Shown here piece by piece: positions 1 to 7,425 of a stretch of DNA of 24,426 nucleotides (position 1 is the stretch's first letter; the number at the start of each line of letters is the position of its first letter). The stretch is taken from IMG/VR virus record IMGVR_UViG_3300029775_000018, positions 1 to 24,426 of that record; one strand, written 5' to 3'. Source of the stretch: a virus. Its lineage: Duplodnaviria; Caudoviricetes. Made by a program: the position numbers and the translations under genes. The notes under the pieces were generated by a model. It worked only from the letters and a program-made list of their open reading frames with translations. It searched no databases and was not told the origin of the DNA.

Positions 1-46
1 GATAGGCTCTATTAAAGTTACTCTTTTTTAATCAATTCTTTTAATT

Positions 47-229
47 TTATTTATTTTTTTCTCTTGACATATTACCAGATTGCTTCTTAAGTACTCGGAC
101 CTTATCCGAATAGCGGTGTAGTATTTGCATAAACTCGGTGGTATCTTTTTGTACTAGCCAATCATTAGAATTAAGACTATGTTTTTCTATAAACTTTCTT
201 TGTGCCACAGTGGGGCGTTTTCCTCTCAT
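47..229 (-). CDS. Small phage protein, DUF6906-like
   Basis: 60 aa; GKRPT..Q....I....LN...WLV.K pattern resembles a common small Firmicutes phage family; last gene of the leftward operon in this window. Confidence 0.6.
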   Translation of the reverse strand: MRGKRPTVAQRKFIEKHSLNSNDWLVQKDTTEFMQILHRYSDKVRVLKKQSGNMSREKNK

Positions 230-231
230 AA

Positions 232-504
232 CTAAACCCCACTTTCCAGGTGCCTTACAGCTTCTTTAAGTAGCTTTAGCCTACACGCTTGACAAAGGTC
301 GTCGTATTTCTCTGTGTCCTTTCTACCACCTATTCGAACGTGTACTACCATAGCGTCACACTCTAATACGGGCTTATCTAATCTAACTTCGTTATACAGA
401 TTTTTTACAAAGTAGTTATGTCCTTGGCCGTCGGTGCTTACGTAATCGTCTGGTAGTTCAGCTTTACAAACGTCGCATATATAAGAAGTCGGCGTTATTT
501 TCAC
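232..504 (-). CDS. Hypothetical Zn-binding protein
   Basis: 90 aa; CDVC near the N-terminus and DLCQAC near the C-terminus; GTG start overlaps the upstream TAG. Confidence 0.65.
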   Translation of the reverse strand: MKITPTSYICDVCKAELPDDYVSTDGQGHNYFVKNLYNEVRLDKPVLECDAMVVHVRIGGRKDTEKYDDLCQACRLKLLKEAVRHLESGV

Positions 505-1154
505 TAGTTACCACCACCTTTAGTTATTTTGTGGCCGCATACAGGACAATACTTGTAGTCCTTCCACGTCCTAAGTCTTTCGGCTCTATTGCAATTACTA
601 CAGTATCCGAAGTTCGGGTCGCTTGGTCTTTCTTCAATAGTGGTCGGCGGTGCTGTCTTACGTGCTATGTCATGAATTACGCCGACGCTGTCTACTTTAA
701 GCGGTATTATTAGACCTGTTGTTTTGCCTTTTTCAATGTAGTAGATAGGACTACGCTCTTTAGGGTACCCGTAGTAGTGGTCGTCCTTAAAGCAGTCGGT
801 ATAAGCTTTATTTACAAAGGTGGCGTTGTCCGTACCATGTAATACAGCTATCTGTGTCTTACCCTCGGTAAGCGTTACAGGTGTAAGTTTGTACGGCTCT
901 AGGTCGTACGTTGACACGTCGAATAACTTAGTAAGGTCAGACTTATTCTTAAAGCTGTAATCAAGTTCCATAGCCCCAACTTCAATAAGTTTAGCTACTA
1001 TCTCCGTATCGTACGACGATATTTTAAAGGCTACGTATCCTTCAATCGTGAATAGAATGTCTGTAGCTGGCTTATCGTCTGTAGGTGGGAAGGAAGCACC
1101 GTTAATTCTTACGTTTTTTGTTATCAGTTTCTTAATTTTCGCTACGTTAAACAC
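504..1154 (-). CDS. Hypothetical protein with C-terminal zinc ribbon
   Basis: 216 aa; GGAGG SD before the GTG start; CSNC...YCPVCG zinc ribbon at the C-terminus. Confidence 0.7.
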   Translation of the reverse strand: MFNVAKIKKLITKNVRINGASFPPTDDKPATDILFTIEGYVAFKISSYDTEIVAKLIEVGAMELDYSFKNKSDLTKLFDVSTYDLEPYKLTPVTLTEGKTQIAVLHGTDNATFVNKAYTDCFKDDHYYGYPKERSPIYYIEKGKTTGLIIPLKVDSVGVIHDIARKTAPPTTIEERPSDPNFGYCSNCNRAERLRTWKDYKYCPVCGHKITKGGGN

Positions 1155-1166
1155 TTTAAAACCTCC

Positions 1167-1253
1167 TTATTGTTTCTTACCACGGGACCCTATAATCCCT
1201 AGAAGTACGATAGTAATACAAATAATAATCGTGATAATTACAGCGTCGCTCAT
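1167..1253 (-). CDS. 28-aa single-pass membrane microprotein (not in ORF track)
   Basis: Translated by hand: MSDAVIITIIICITIVLLGIIGSRGKKQ*; ATG overlaps the upstream TGA (ATGA); GGAGG SD; fills the 1155-1249 gap. Confidence 0.7.
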   Translation of the reverse strand: MSDAVIITIIICITIVLLGIIGSRGKKQ

Positions 1254-1576
1254 TCTGATTTACCTCCTTCCGGGAAGAAGACTTCTTTATTCCTTTCAAT
1301 ACACTCTAGGAAACCTACAGCTACGGCGGCCACGTGTATAGCTTCTTTTCTCACGTTCTCATAACCGCCCTTGTCGCTACCGTTGTCAAAGATAGTTTCG
1401 TTTATGGCTTCGCATAATTCCCCGAATTCCTCGCCTAGTATAGGGGTCCACTTTTCTATAGCGTGGTTTTGTTCGCCCCATTTAAGGTCTTGACGGTTAC
1501 GCTCTGCCAGTATCTCTAAAATGGCGTTACGTTGTTTCTTATCCTCGAAGGTTATTTCTGTTGTAATCTCCGCCAT
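1250..1576 (-). CDS. MazG-like nucleotide pyrophosphohydrolase
   Basis: EEFGELCEAI ... KEAIHVAAVAV all-alpha NTP-PPase pattern; ER.RQD.KWGEQNH motif typical of phage MazG-like proteins. Confidence 0.75.
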   Translation of the reverse strand: MAEITTEITFEDKKQRNAILEILAERNRQDLKWGEQNHAIEKWTPILGEEFGELCEAINETIFDNGSDKGGYENVRKEAIHVAAVAVGFLECIERNKEVFFPEGGKSE

Positions 1577-1578
1577 GG

Positions 1579-2064
1579 CTAGTTACTCCCTTCTTGGTCT
1601 AGTTTTATCACGGTCATAATAGCGTAGTTCGCCAGGTCTAAAAGGGTATCCCTTATACTTTCGTCGTTAACCTTTTGGTCGGAACCCGGTTTACATAATG
1701 CTTTAAGTCTGTTGGTCTTATCTGTAATTCTAGTAATAGCCGATACGATACCTAATTCCTTAAACGTATCACCGAAGGCGTTACCATAGTCGGCGTTTTT
1801 AGAAGCGTATAGACCGTTTAAATAACTACAGATTTCGCTATGAATTGCGACCCTAGTATCTATATTTTCTATGGCTTCGTCGATAGGGCAATTACTACAA
1901 TCGTCACAATCGAAGGCGCTACAGCTGTCTTTACCGTCGTCTGTCGGCGTTATTTTGTGTACTACAATTTGTTCTAGTAGTGCGTCTTCTGGAACGATAC
2001 ATCTTAATACTTCCTGTAAGTCTTCTGGTAGATGGCTAATGTCTGTGTCTTTAAATTTCTTCAT
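1579..2064 (-). CDS. DUF1599 / nucleotide-modification-associated domain protein
   Basis: KNADYGNAF ... RITDKTNRL ... DESIRDTLLDLANYAIM; Cys-rich N-terminal extension. Confidence 0.75.
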   Translation of the reverse strand: MKKFKDTDISHLPEDLQEVLRCIVPEDALLEQIVVHKITPTDDGKDSCSAFDCDDCSNCPIDEAIENIDTRVAIHSEICSYLNGLYASKNADYGNAFGDTFKELGIVSAITRITDKTNRLKALCKPGSDQKVNDESIRDTLLDLANYAIMTVIKLDQEGSN

Positions 2065-2093
2065 GGTTTTATATCTCCCTTATCTTTATTTGG

Positions 2094-2723
2094 TTAACCG
2101 TTATAAGCGAAACTAAAATCGTTTTGCTTGAATAATTGATATAGTAAATAGCTTAGTGGTTCTATGATACTTTCGTCGTTGTGGACCTTAAGACAACGGG
2201 CTTCGTATAATATGGCGTGGGCCACTTCGTGTAGGAATACGACGGCCTTACCTTCGTTCTTTAGGTCACCGTGTAACCTTATGGTAAGCTGCGTATAGTC
2301 TACTTCCCCTAGTAGGTCTTTGGCGTCTAAGTAACTGTCCTTATCAAAGGTAACCGTATAAGGCATACCGTTAATAAATACCGTACTAGGAGGTCCAGAA
2401 GCTTCCAGCCCTTTATATAACCAGTCGAAGTTATTTTCCCTTATGAACCTGTAAAGGACAGTTCCGAAGGTAGGGCTAATAGCGTTATTACGTCTTTCAG
2501 ATACCCCGGAAGCGTCTAAAAGTCTTCTTCCAACTTCGCCGATTACGTAGGACAGCTGGCGGGGGAATGGAAGGGTAGACCTAACAGTTATTTGTTGCTG
2601 GGTGTAATCCGATAGACTAACATAGTTACTAGCTTCCATAATCTCGTCGTTATAGACAATTTCAAAAGGGATACCAGCTACTGTAATTTTGTCGGGTAGT
2701 GTTTTTACTTTCTTGTCTGCCAC
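2094..2723 (-). CDS. Zn-metallopeptidase-like (HExxH) protein with internal duplication
   Basis: LHEVAHAIL in the C-terminal half; N-terminal half is a degenerate copy. Confidence 0.65.
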   Translation of the reverse strand: MADKKVKTLPDKITVAGIPFEIVYNDEIMEASNYVSLSDYTQQQITVRSTLPFPRQLSYVIGEVGRRLLDASGVSERRNNAISPTFGTVLYRFIRENNFDWLYKGLEASGPPSTVFINGMPYTVTFDKDSYLDAKDLLGEVDYTQLTIRLHGDLKNEGKAVVFLHEVAHAILYEARCLKVHNDESIIEPLSYLLYQLFKQNDFSFAYNG

Positions 2724-2734
2724 ATTTTAACCCC

Positions 2735-3103
2735 CTAATCTTCCCAGGCGTCGGCGTCTGTGACGTCGTCTTTTAGCTGGTCTATAATTTCGCTTGCTTC
2801 GTCAATCGTAAGGCTGTCTATGTCAGTATCCGTATAGTCTTCTAGGTCAGCCATAAGCATACCTAACAGGTCTTCGATATACTCCTTTTGCCCTACAGTA
2901 GCGTAGACAGTGCGTTTCTTTTTATTACCTACTGTACTGTTTGGTAATTCCATTGATACACCTTCTTTCTCTAGTTCGTAAGGCTTACAGCCGTATGTAT
3001 AACGAATTTCGTCACACTCGGCTTTAAATAAACAATAACAATTATTTTTTCTGTAGTAATTTTCGCAATATGTTTTTATTTCTAGTGCTACAGCGTTACG
3101 CAT
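2735..3103 (-). CDS. Hypothetical protein
   Basis: 122 aa; GGGGGT SD; Cys-rich N-terminal part and acidic C-terminal part (AT..Q..YI..L ... LT..EAS.II..L). Confidence 0.6.
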   Translation of the reverse strand: MRNAVALEIKTYCENYYRKNNCYCLFKAECDEIRYTYGCKPYELEKEGVSMELPNSTVGNKKKRTVYATVGQKEYIEDLLGMLMADLEDYTDTDIDSLTIDEASEIIDQLKDDVTDADAWED

Positions 3104-3117
3104 ACGGCTTTTACCCC

Positions 3118-3315
3118 CTAATATTTAATTTCGTTTTCTATACATTCCTTACACCTAAACTCAGCGTATTCGTGGAAGTATTTACAATATAGGTCACCTT
3201 GGAAACGGTACACGCCGCTACAACTGTTACTACATCTGTCCGGGTGTCCTTTTCTAGTGGAAAACTCTACTATTTGTCCTTCTGGTGTCTTCGTTAATTT
3301 AGCCATCTTTTCCAC
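3118..3315 (-). CDS. Hypothetical Cys-rich protein
   Basis: 65 aa; coupled to neighbours in the operon. Confidence 0.55.
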   Translation of the reverse strand: MEKMAKLTKTPEGQIVEFSTRKGHPDRCSNSCSGVYRFQGDLYCKYFHEYAEFRCKECIENEIKY

Positions 3316-3535
3316 CTTCCAGTATATGTAGCCAGTTACAACGTACCACGCCTATAAGGTCTACCGTTGGCTTACATTTACACTTTTTAAGTTCCACATC
3401 TGTAGCGGATAGAAATACGTGCTTACTTTCGCAATAGGCTACAGGGTCCTTACAAAGTTCATTATTAAGCCCCATACGTGGGTTGTCGGCTATCGTCTTA
3501 TAACGTGTCATTCTTTGTCGTTCCAGCCTTGCCAT
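3299..3535 (-). CDS. Hypothetical Cys-rich protein
   Basis: 78 aa; overlaps both neighbours as expected for coupled genes. Confidence 0.55.
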   Translation of the reverse strand: MARLERQRMTRYKTIADNPRMGLNNELCKDPVAYCESKHVFLSATDVELKKCKCKPTVDLIGVVRCNWLHILEGGKDG

Positions 3536-4137
3536 GCTTTAGCTTTACTTCCGCCTTTGATTTCGGTAGTAGGTTCGACCTCGTTTACGTAGTCGGTAAT
3601 GTATTCATTGGCGGTAGGAACGTCTAGTATTACGTCTGGTGTAATAACTAGGTATTCAGTAGCTGGAATTCCTTCACGCTCTTTATAATGCTGTATCTGT
3701 TGTGCCAGTTCGGAAGGCTTCATAGCGGTATTAGCTGGTTTATCATTAACGATTAAAGGTAATAGATATTCTGTTGTTTCTGTTTTAAGTGCTACGCCCG
3801 TTATTTTGAGTTTTACGCCTAGATATTCACCGAAGTAGGTAAATGGGTAAGGGGTAGTAGGTAAACTGTTCTGTGGGGCGTCTGTGAAGTCTGGGGCTAT
3901 ATTTTCGGCTACTTCATATAACCTAATGCTTTGTAGCTTTGTAGCTTCTTCAATCGTAAAGCTACTAGCTGGTTCGCTTAAGTCAGCGTAAGGCGGCCAG
4001 CCTTTAAAGTCTTCAAGGTTCTTTACGCATAGTCTTATTTTAGTAATGACAATAAATGGGTCTAGTGGCTTGTCTGTGTCTGGAAGTTCAGCTATAAAAA
4101 GTCCTACGTCCGTAAGTATGTCAGCACGGTATTTCAT
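3508..4137 (-). CDS. Hypothetical protein
   Basis: 209 aa ORF; AAGGA SD; ATGA overlap with the extended glucosaminidase frame. Confidence 0.7.
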   Translation of the reverse strand: MKYRADILTDVGLFIAELPDTDKPLDPFIVITKIRLCVKNLEDFKGWPPYADLSEPASSFTIEEATKLQSIRLYEVAENIAPDFTDAPQNSLPTTPYPFTYFGEYLGVKLKITGVALKTETTEYLLPLIVNDKPANTAMKPSELAQQIQHYKEREGIPATEYLVITPDVILDVPTANEYITDYVNEVEPTTEIKGGSKAKAWQGWNDKE

Positions 4138-4925
4138 TCGCTATCAGTCCTTTCTATTCGGTTTACAATGTTATTCATAATCTTAGTAACGTGTTCTTCC
4201 CACGTATCACGACCGTTATAATAAGTGTTTACGGCCGCTACGCTAGTACCTTAGTAGTACTTTCCGTCTGGGGTTAGGTACTCTGTAAGAAGGAAGTTAG
4301 CCACGTAGTCTATACAGTGGTCTAGGCTCTCAAACTGTGGACCATAGAAACCGAATATATTATTTTTTCTAAATTGGTGACGACCCCAGCCGCTTTCTTC
4401 GGCAGCTATTGCGGCCAGGAATACGGCGTCTATACCGTATTTATCCTGTGCCTGTATAAATAATGGGGCTAGTGGTTTTAAGTCGTATAATAAGCCTTTT
4501 TCTAGTTCTTCGGCTGTATAGTAATAAAGGTCTTCGTCTACCGTAACACTGTGAATATTACCAGCCCCACGACTAATAGCCACGGTAGTATCTGTATTAC
4601 TTGGTGTCTTATCAACGTCTTTCGTAGCTTCTTGTTCTGGATTACTAGCCTTTGTATCTGGACTTCCTGTAATTTCATTGTCCTTTGGTAACTCTGTGCC
4701 AGTTCTAAGGCTTGTTCCTTCTCTTTTGTCAGCGTTAATATTTCCTGTTGGTGGTTCATTATTTCCAACTCCATTTCTGCCGTTTGTAGTAGGGACTTCG
4801 GTATCTTCTCCCTCTTGTACGGTGGGCCTTTGCCCCGTTTCTGTTTTCGTTTCGTCATAGATAACTACCCCCAGTAGTACAAATAGTACGATTATGCACG
4901 TTATACGTGCCTGTGTTTTATTCAT
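4134..4925 (-). pseudogene. Membrane-anchored GH73-type glucosaminidase interrupted by one in-frame TAA (4251-4253)
   Basis: N-terminal TM helix, T/N/P/G-rich linker, then KYGIDAVFLAAIAAEESGWG...NNIFG; past the TAA the same frame reads GTSVAAVNTYYNGRDTWEEHVTKIMNNIVNRIERTDSE* and ends in an ATGA overlap with the next gene. Confidence 0.75.
4538..4858 (-). CDS. Candidate nested (overprinted) coiled-coil protein with C-terminal TM helix
   Basis: +1 frame inside the glucosaminidase linker; GGGGGT SD 8 nt before the ATG; basic N-terminus, heptad-like middle, ILPWLLVVGLVIFTVLR tail. Confidence 0.55.
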   Translation of the reverse strand: MTKRKQKRGKGPPYKREKIPKSLLQTAEMELEIMNHQQEILTLTKEKEQALELAQSYQRTMKLQEVQIQRLVIQNKKLRKTLIRHQVIQILPWLLVVGLVIFTVLR

Positions 4926-7410
4926 TGTTCGCCCTTTCTTTTAACCAGTCGTCAAGGTCCTTTTTATTCCCCCAGCTGTAGGCTACCGACGCTTCGGCTT
5001 CCAGCTGTATAGGGAAGTTAGGAAGTGGGGGGATTTCCATAACGCTTTGTTGCCATCTTGCGTATTTCTCTACCAGTTCGACGTCGTCGTCTATCTCGAC
5101 GATAATCTCGTCGTGTACCTGTGATACCATGTCGGTATGTCCGTGGTTCATAAAAGGCTCTGCGCTTAAGGCGTCTAGTGTTGCACGGTCGAAACCGTCC
5201 CATATAGGTACTTGTTTACCTGTATTGAAAAACGCCGTATCAAGACCGCATTTTTCATACATGGTATTCTGTGCTTTTTTCATAACGTCAGCCGCGGACC
5301 CTTGGATAGGTGTATTCTGGGCGCGTCTTTCGTCGTCGCTCCTGTAGTACCTATTACCACCGTTAATATTAGGTAGTAGTCGCTTAAAGCCGAATATCGT
5401 TTCAGCGTAGCCCGTTTCTCTAGCCTTAATCACGGCCGCCCTCTGATAACGTGGGATACCAGGGTAGGTAGTCATAACGGCGTCTACAAGCTTCTTACAC
5501 TCTGGTAACGACTTACGTATACCTTGTTTCTTAAAAGTCTTTTGTAGGGCGTGTTCTGTACCACCATATACAGACCCGAAGTTAGCGGCCTTGGCTCCAC
5601 TACGTTCATGTTTAGTAACTTCGCTTTCTGGTTTACCTTGCATAGTAGCGGCTGTTTTACGGTGTAGGTCTTCGTGGTTTCTAAAAGCGTTTAGCATTAC
5701 ATCACAGCTGGAAGCCCACGCCGTTAAGCGAAGTTCGAAGCCGCTTTCGTCTTCCAGTAACATTACTTTACCGGGCGCTGCCTTGTAGAAGTTACGTATA
5801 CCTAGTTCGTCATTATCTGGCCTTGGTACGTTTTGCCCGTTAGGACTACTAGAAGCAAGTCTAGCGGTTTCCGTCCACGGCTCATACTTTGCGTGTATCC
5901 TTCCTGTAACTTCATTAACGTATTTTTCACGTCCGTTAATATGAGAAGATAGAAGGGTACTGTACTTTTGTATTTCTTGCATAGCTTCAATAAATTTAAT
6001 ACCTTGGTCTTTGTAAGGGTGGAAGTCCCTTTGCGCTATACGAATAGCCCTTCTTTGGTGGGCGTCTAATTCGCCTGGTGCTTCTGGGTCTATGTCTTCC
6101 CAGCCGTCGGGTATATCTACTTCTAGGTATTTTTCTTCGTCTGGGTCAACTAGTTTATGTTCCAGCATAAAAATCATATCCATTAGGGCGTTACTATCTA
6201 AACTAGGGTCTTTAGTCTTATCCGACCACGCCGCCGCTGGTAGTTTCATGGTGTCGAAGATAAAACTTTTAACATCTTTCGTTTTACCACCTTTACCGAC
6301 GTTTAGATTTTCCACGCCTAGGCTAGCCGCTATTTCTTGCATTTCATTAGCTGCCTTTTCCTGTTGTATCTCGGCTTCTTCTCTTTTAATAGCTGCTATA
6401 TCCGTGTCCCAGTACATACCCCAGTACTCCATTAAACCCGTAACACGTGCGAAGGGCATTTCTATACCCTTTAGCCAATCCGAATAAGTAGGGTAGAGGG
6501 GGTTATTATTGCTTATCTGTTTCGCTACCTCGTCCCAATATAGATAGTGCTGTACAGCGTAGTCGCTATCTTCACAGCAGTAACTAATGGCGTCGTTTTC
6601 GTCGTTCGGCAATTCGTCAAAGAATAAAGCGTTATTTTTTTCAAGGACCGTATTAAAGTCGTTCATAGTTACGCCGAATATTTCTTTTGTCATAGGCTTT
6701 AGACCTTTACCTGTGTATGGGCGCTTAGGGTTCACTATCTTATGGGGTAGTAGAAGCTGGCTTATTCTTATCCACGCTAGAAAAGGGTCCACGCAAGGCA
6801 TTAGAATATATTTTCCATACTTAGCTGTAAACTTGGTTTCAAAGGATAGGTTTACGGCTATTTTAGTTATTGCTGGGTTAGTAAAGAATTCAGCTTCCAG
6901 AATGTCAAATATCCTTTTACGTGCTTCGCTTCTAGGTAACCCCGGTTCGAATTGGTTAGCCCCCGGATTGTCTATAAATATCGCTCTAGCTTCGTCGCTA
7001 GCCGCCGATAAACTTAAGGCGCTTACTTCGGCTTTCCATGGGTCTAAGTTCACGGACCTAGTCCAGCTGTCTAAGGCTTTACCTGTTACCGTGTTTCCGT
7101 CTTCGTCTTTGGGTGGTTCTCTGTGGTCTTTATCGCCGCTGGTTTCATAGTCAAAACCACCTAGTCCAGTTTCTTTACATCTTTGTATATAAGCCCGTAG
7201 GTCGTCTTCATTGGTAATAGCTTTGTAATCTTTAAAACCTTGGGGGCGTAACTTAGGCCATTTAATATTCCATACGCCGGGCTGTTTACGGTTCATAACG
7301 TCCTTAAGACTTTCTACAGTGCCTACAGCCTTTGTAGTTGTAGAAGCTGTAGGTTTTTTAACTGTATTAGCTAAACCACCACCCGTAGGAAATAGGCTAC
7401 TTAGTTTCAT
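4918..7410 (-). CDS. Phage family A DNA polymerase (3'-5' exonuclease + polymerase)
   Basis: ExoI GFDYETSG, ExoIII YCCEDS; TETARLASSSPNGQNVP; motif A DESGFELR; motif B RSGAKAANFGSVYG; NTPIQGSAAD; motif C VHDEI; no recognisable 5'-3' exonuclease domain. Confidence 0.93.
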   Translation of the reverse strand: MKLSSLFPTGGGLANTVKKPTASTTTKAVGTVESLKDVMNRKQPGVWNIKWPKLRPQGFKDYKAITNEDDLRAYIQRCKETGLGGFDYETSGDKDHREPPKDEDGNTVTGKALDSWTRSVNLDPWKAEVSALSLSAASDEARAIFIDNPGANQFEPGLPRSEARKRIFDILEAEFFTNPAITKIAVNLSFETKFTAKYGKYILMPCVDPFLAWIRISQLLLPHKIVNPKRPYTGKGLKPMTKEIFGVTMNDFNTVLEKNNALFFDELPNDENDAISYCCEDSDYAVQHYLYWDEVAKQISNNNPLYPTYSDWLKGIEMPFARVTGLMEYWGMYWDTDIAAIKREEAEIQQEKAANEMQEIAASLGVENLNVGKGGKTKDVKSFIFDTMKLPAAAWSDKTKDPSLDSNALMDMIFMLEHKLVDPDEEKYLEVDIPDGWEDIDPEAPGELDAHQRRAIRIAQRDFHPYKDQGIKFIEAMQEIQKYSTLLSSHINGREKYVNEVTGRIHAKYEPWTETARLASSSPNGQNVPRPDNDELGIRNFYKAAPGKVMLLEDESGFELRLTAWASSCDVMLNAFRNHEDLHRKTAATMQGKPESEVTKHERSGAKAANFGSVYGGTEHALQKTFKKQGIRKSLPECKKLVDAVMTTYPGIPRYQRAAVIKARETGYAETIFGFKRLLPNINGGNRYYRSDDERRAQNTPIQGSAADVMKKAQNTMYEKCGLDTAFFNTGKQVPIWDGFDRATLDALSAEPFMNHGHTDMVSQVHDEIIVEIDDDVELVEKYARWQQSVMEIPPLPNFPIQLEAEASVAYSWGNKKDLDDWLKERANNE

Positions 7411-7425
7411 TTATAATCACACTCC

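Noticed and set aside
4251-4253. Genome-wide stop-codon reassignment as explanation for the internal TAA
   Set aside because: TAA, TAG and TGA all terminate other genes normally here; only one interrupted case
5018-5990. Same-strand alternate-frame ORFs inside the polymerase (5018..5203, 5802..5990)
   Set aside because: Short, overlap conserved catalytic regions, no convincing SD or protein-like features, unlike 4538..4858
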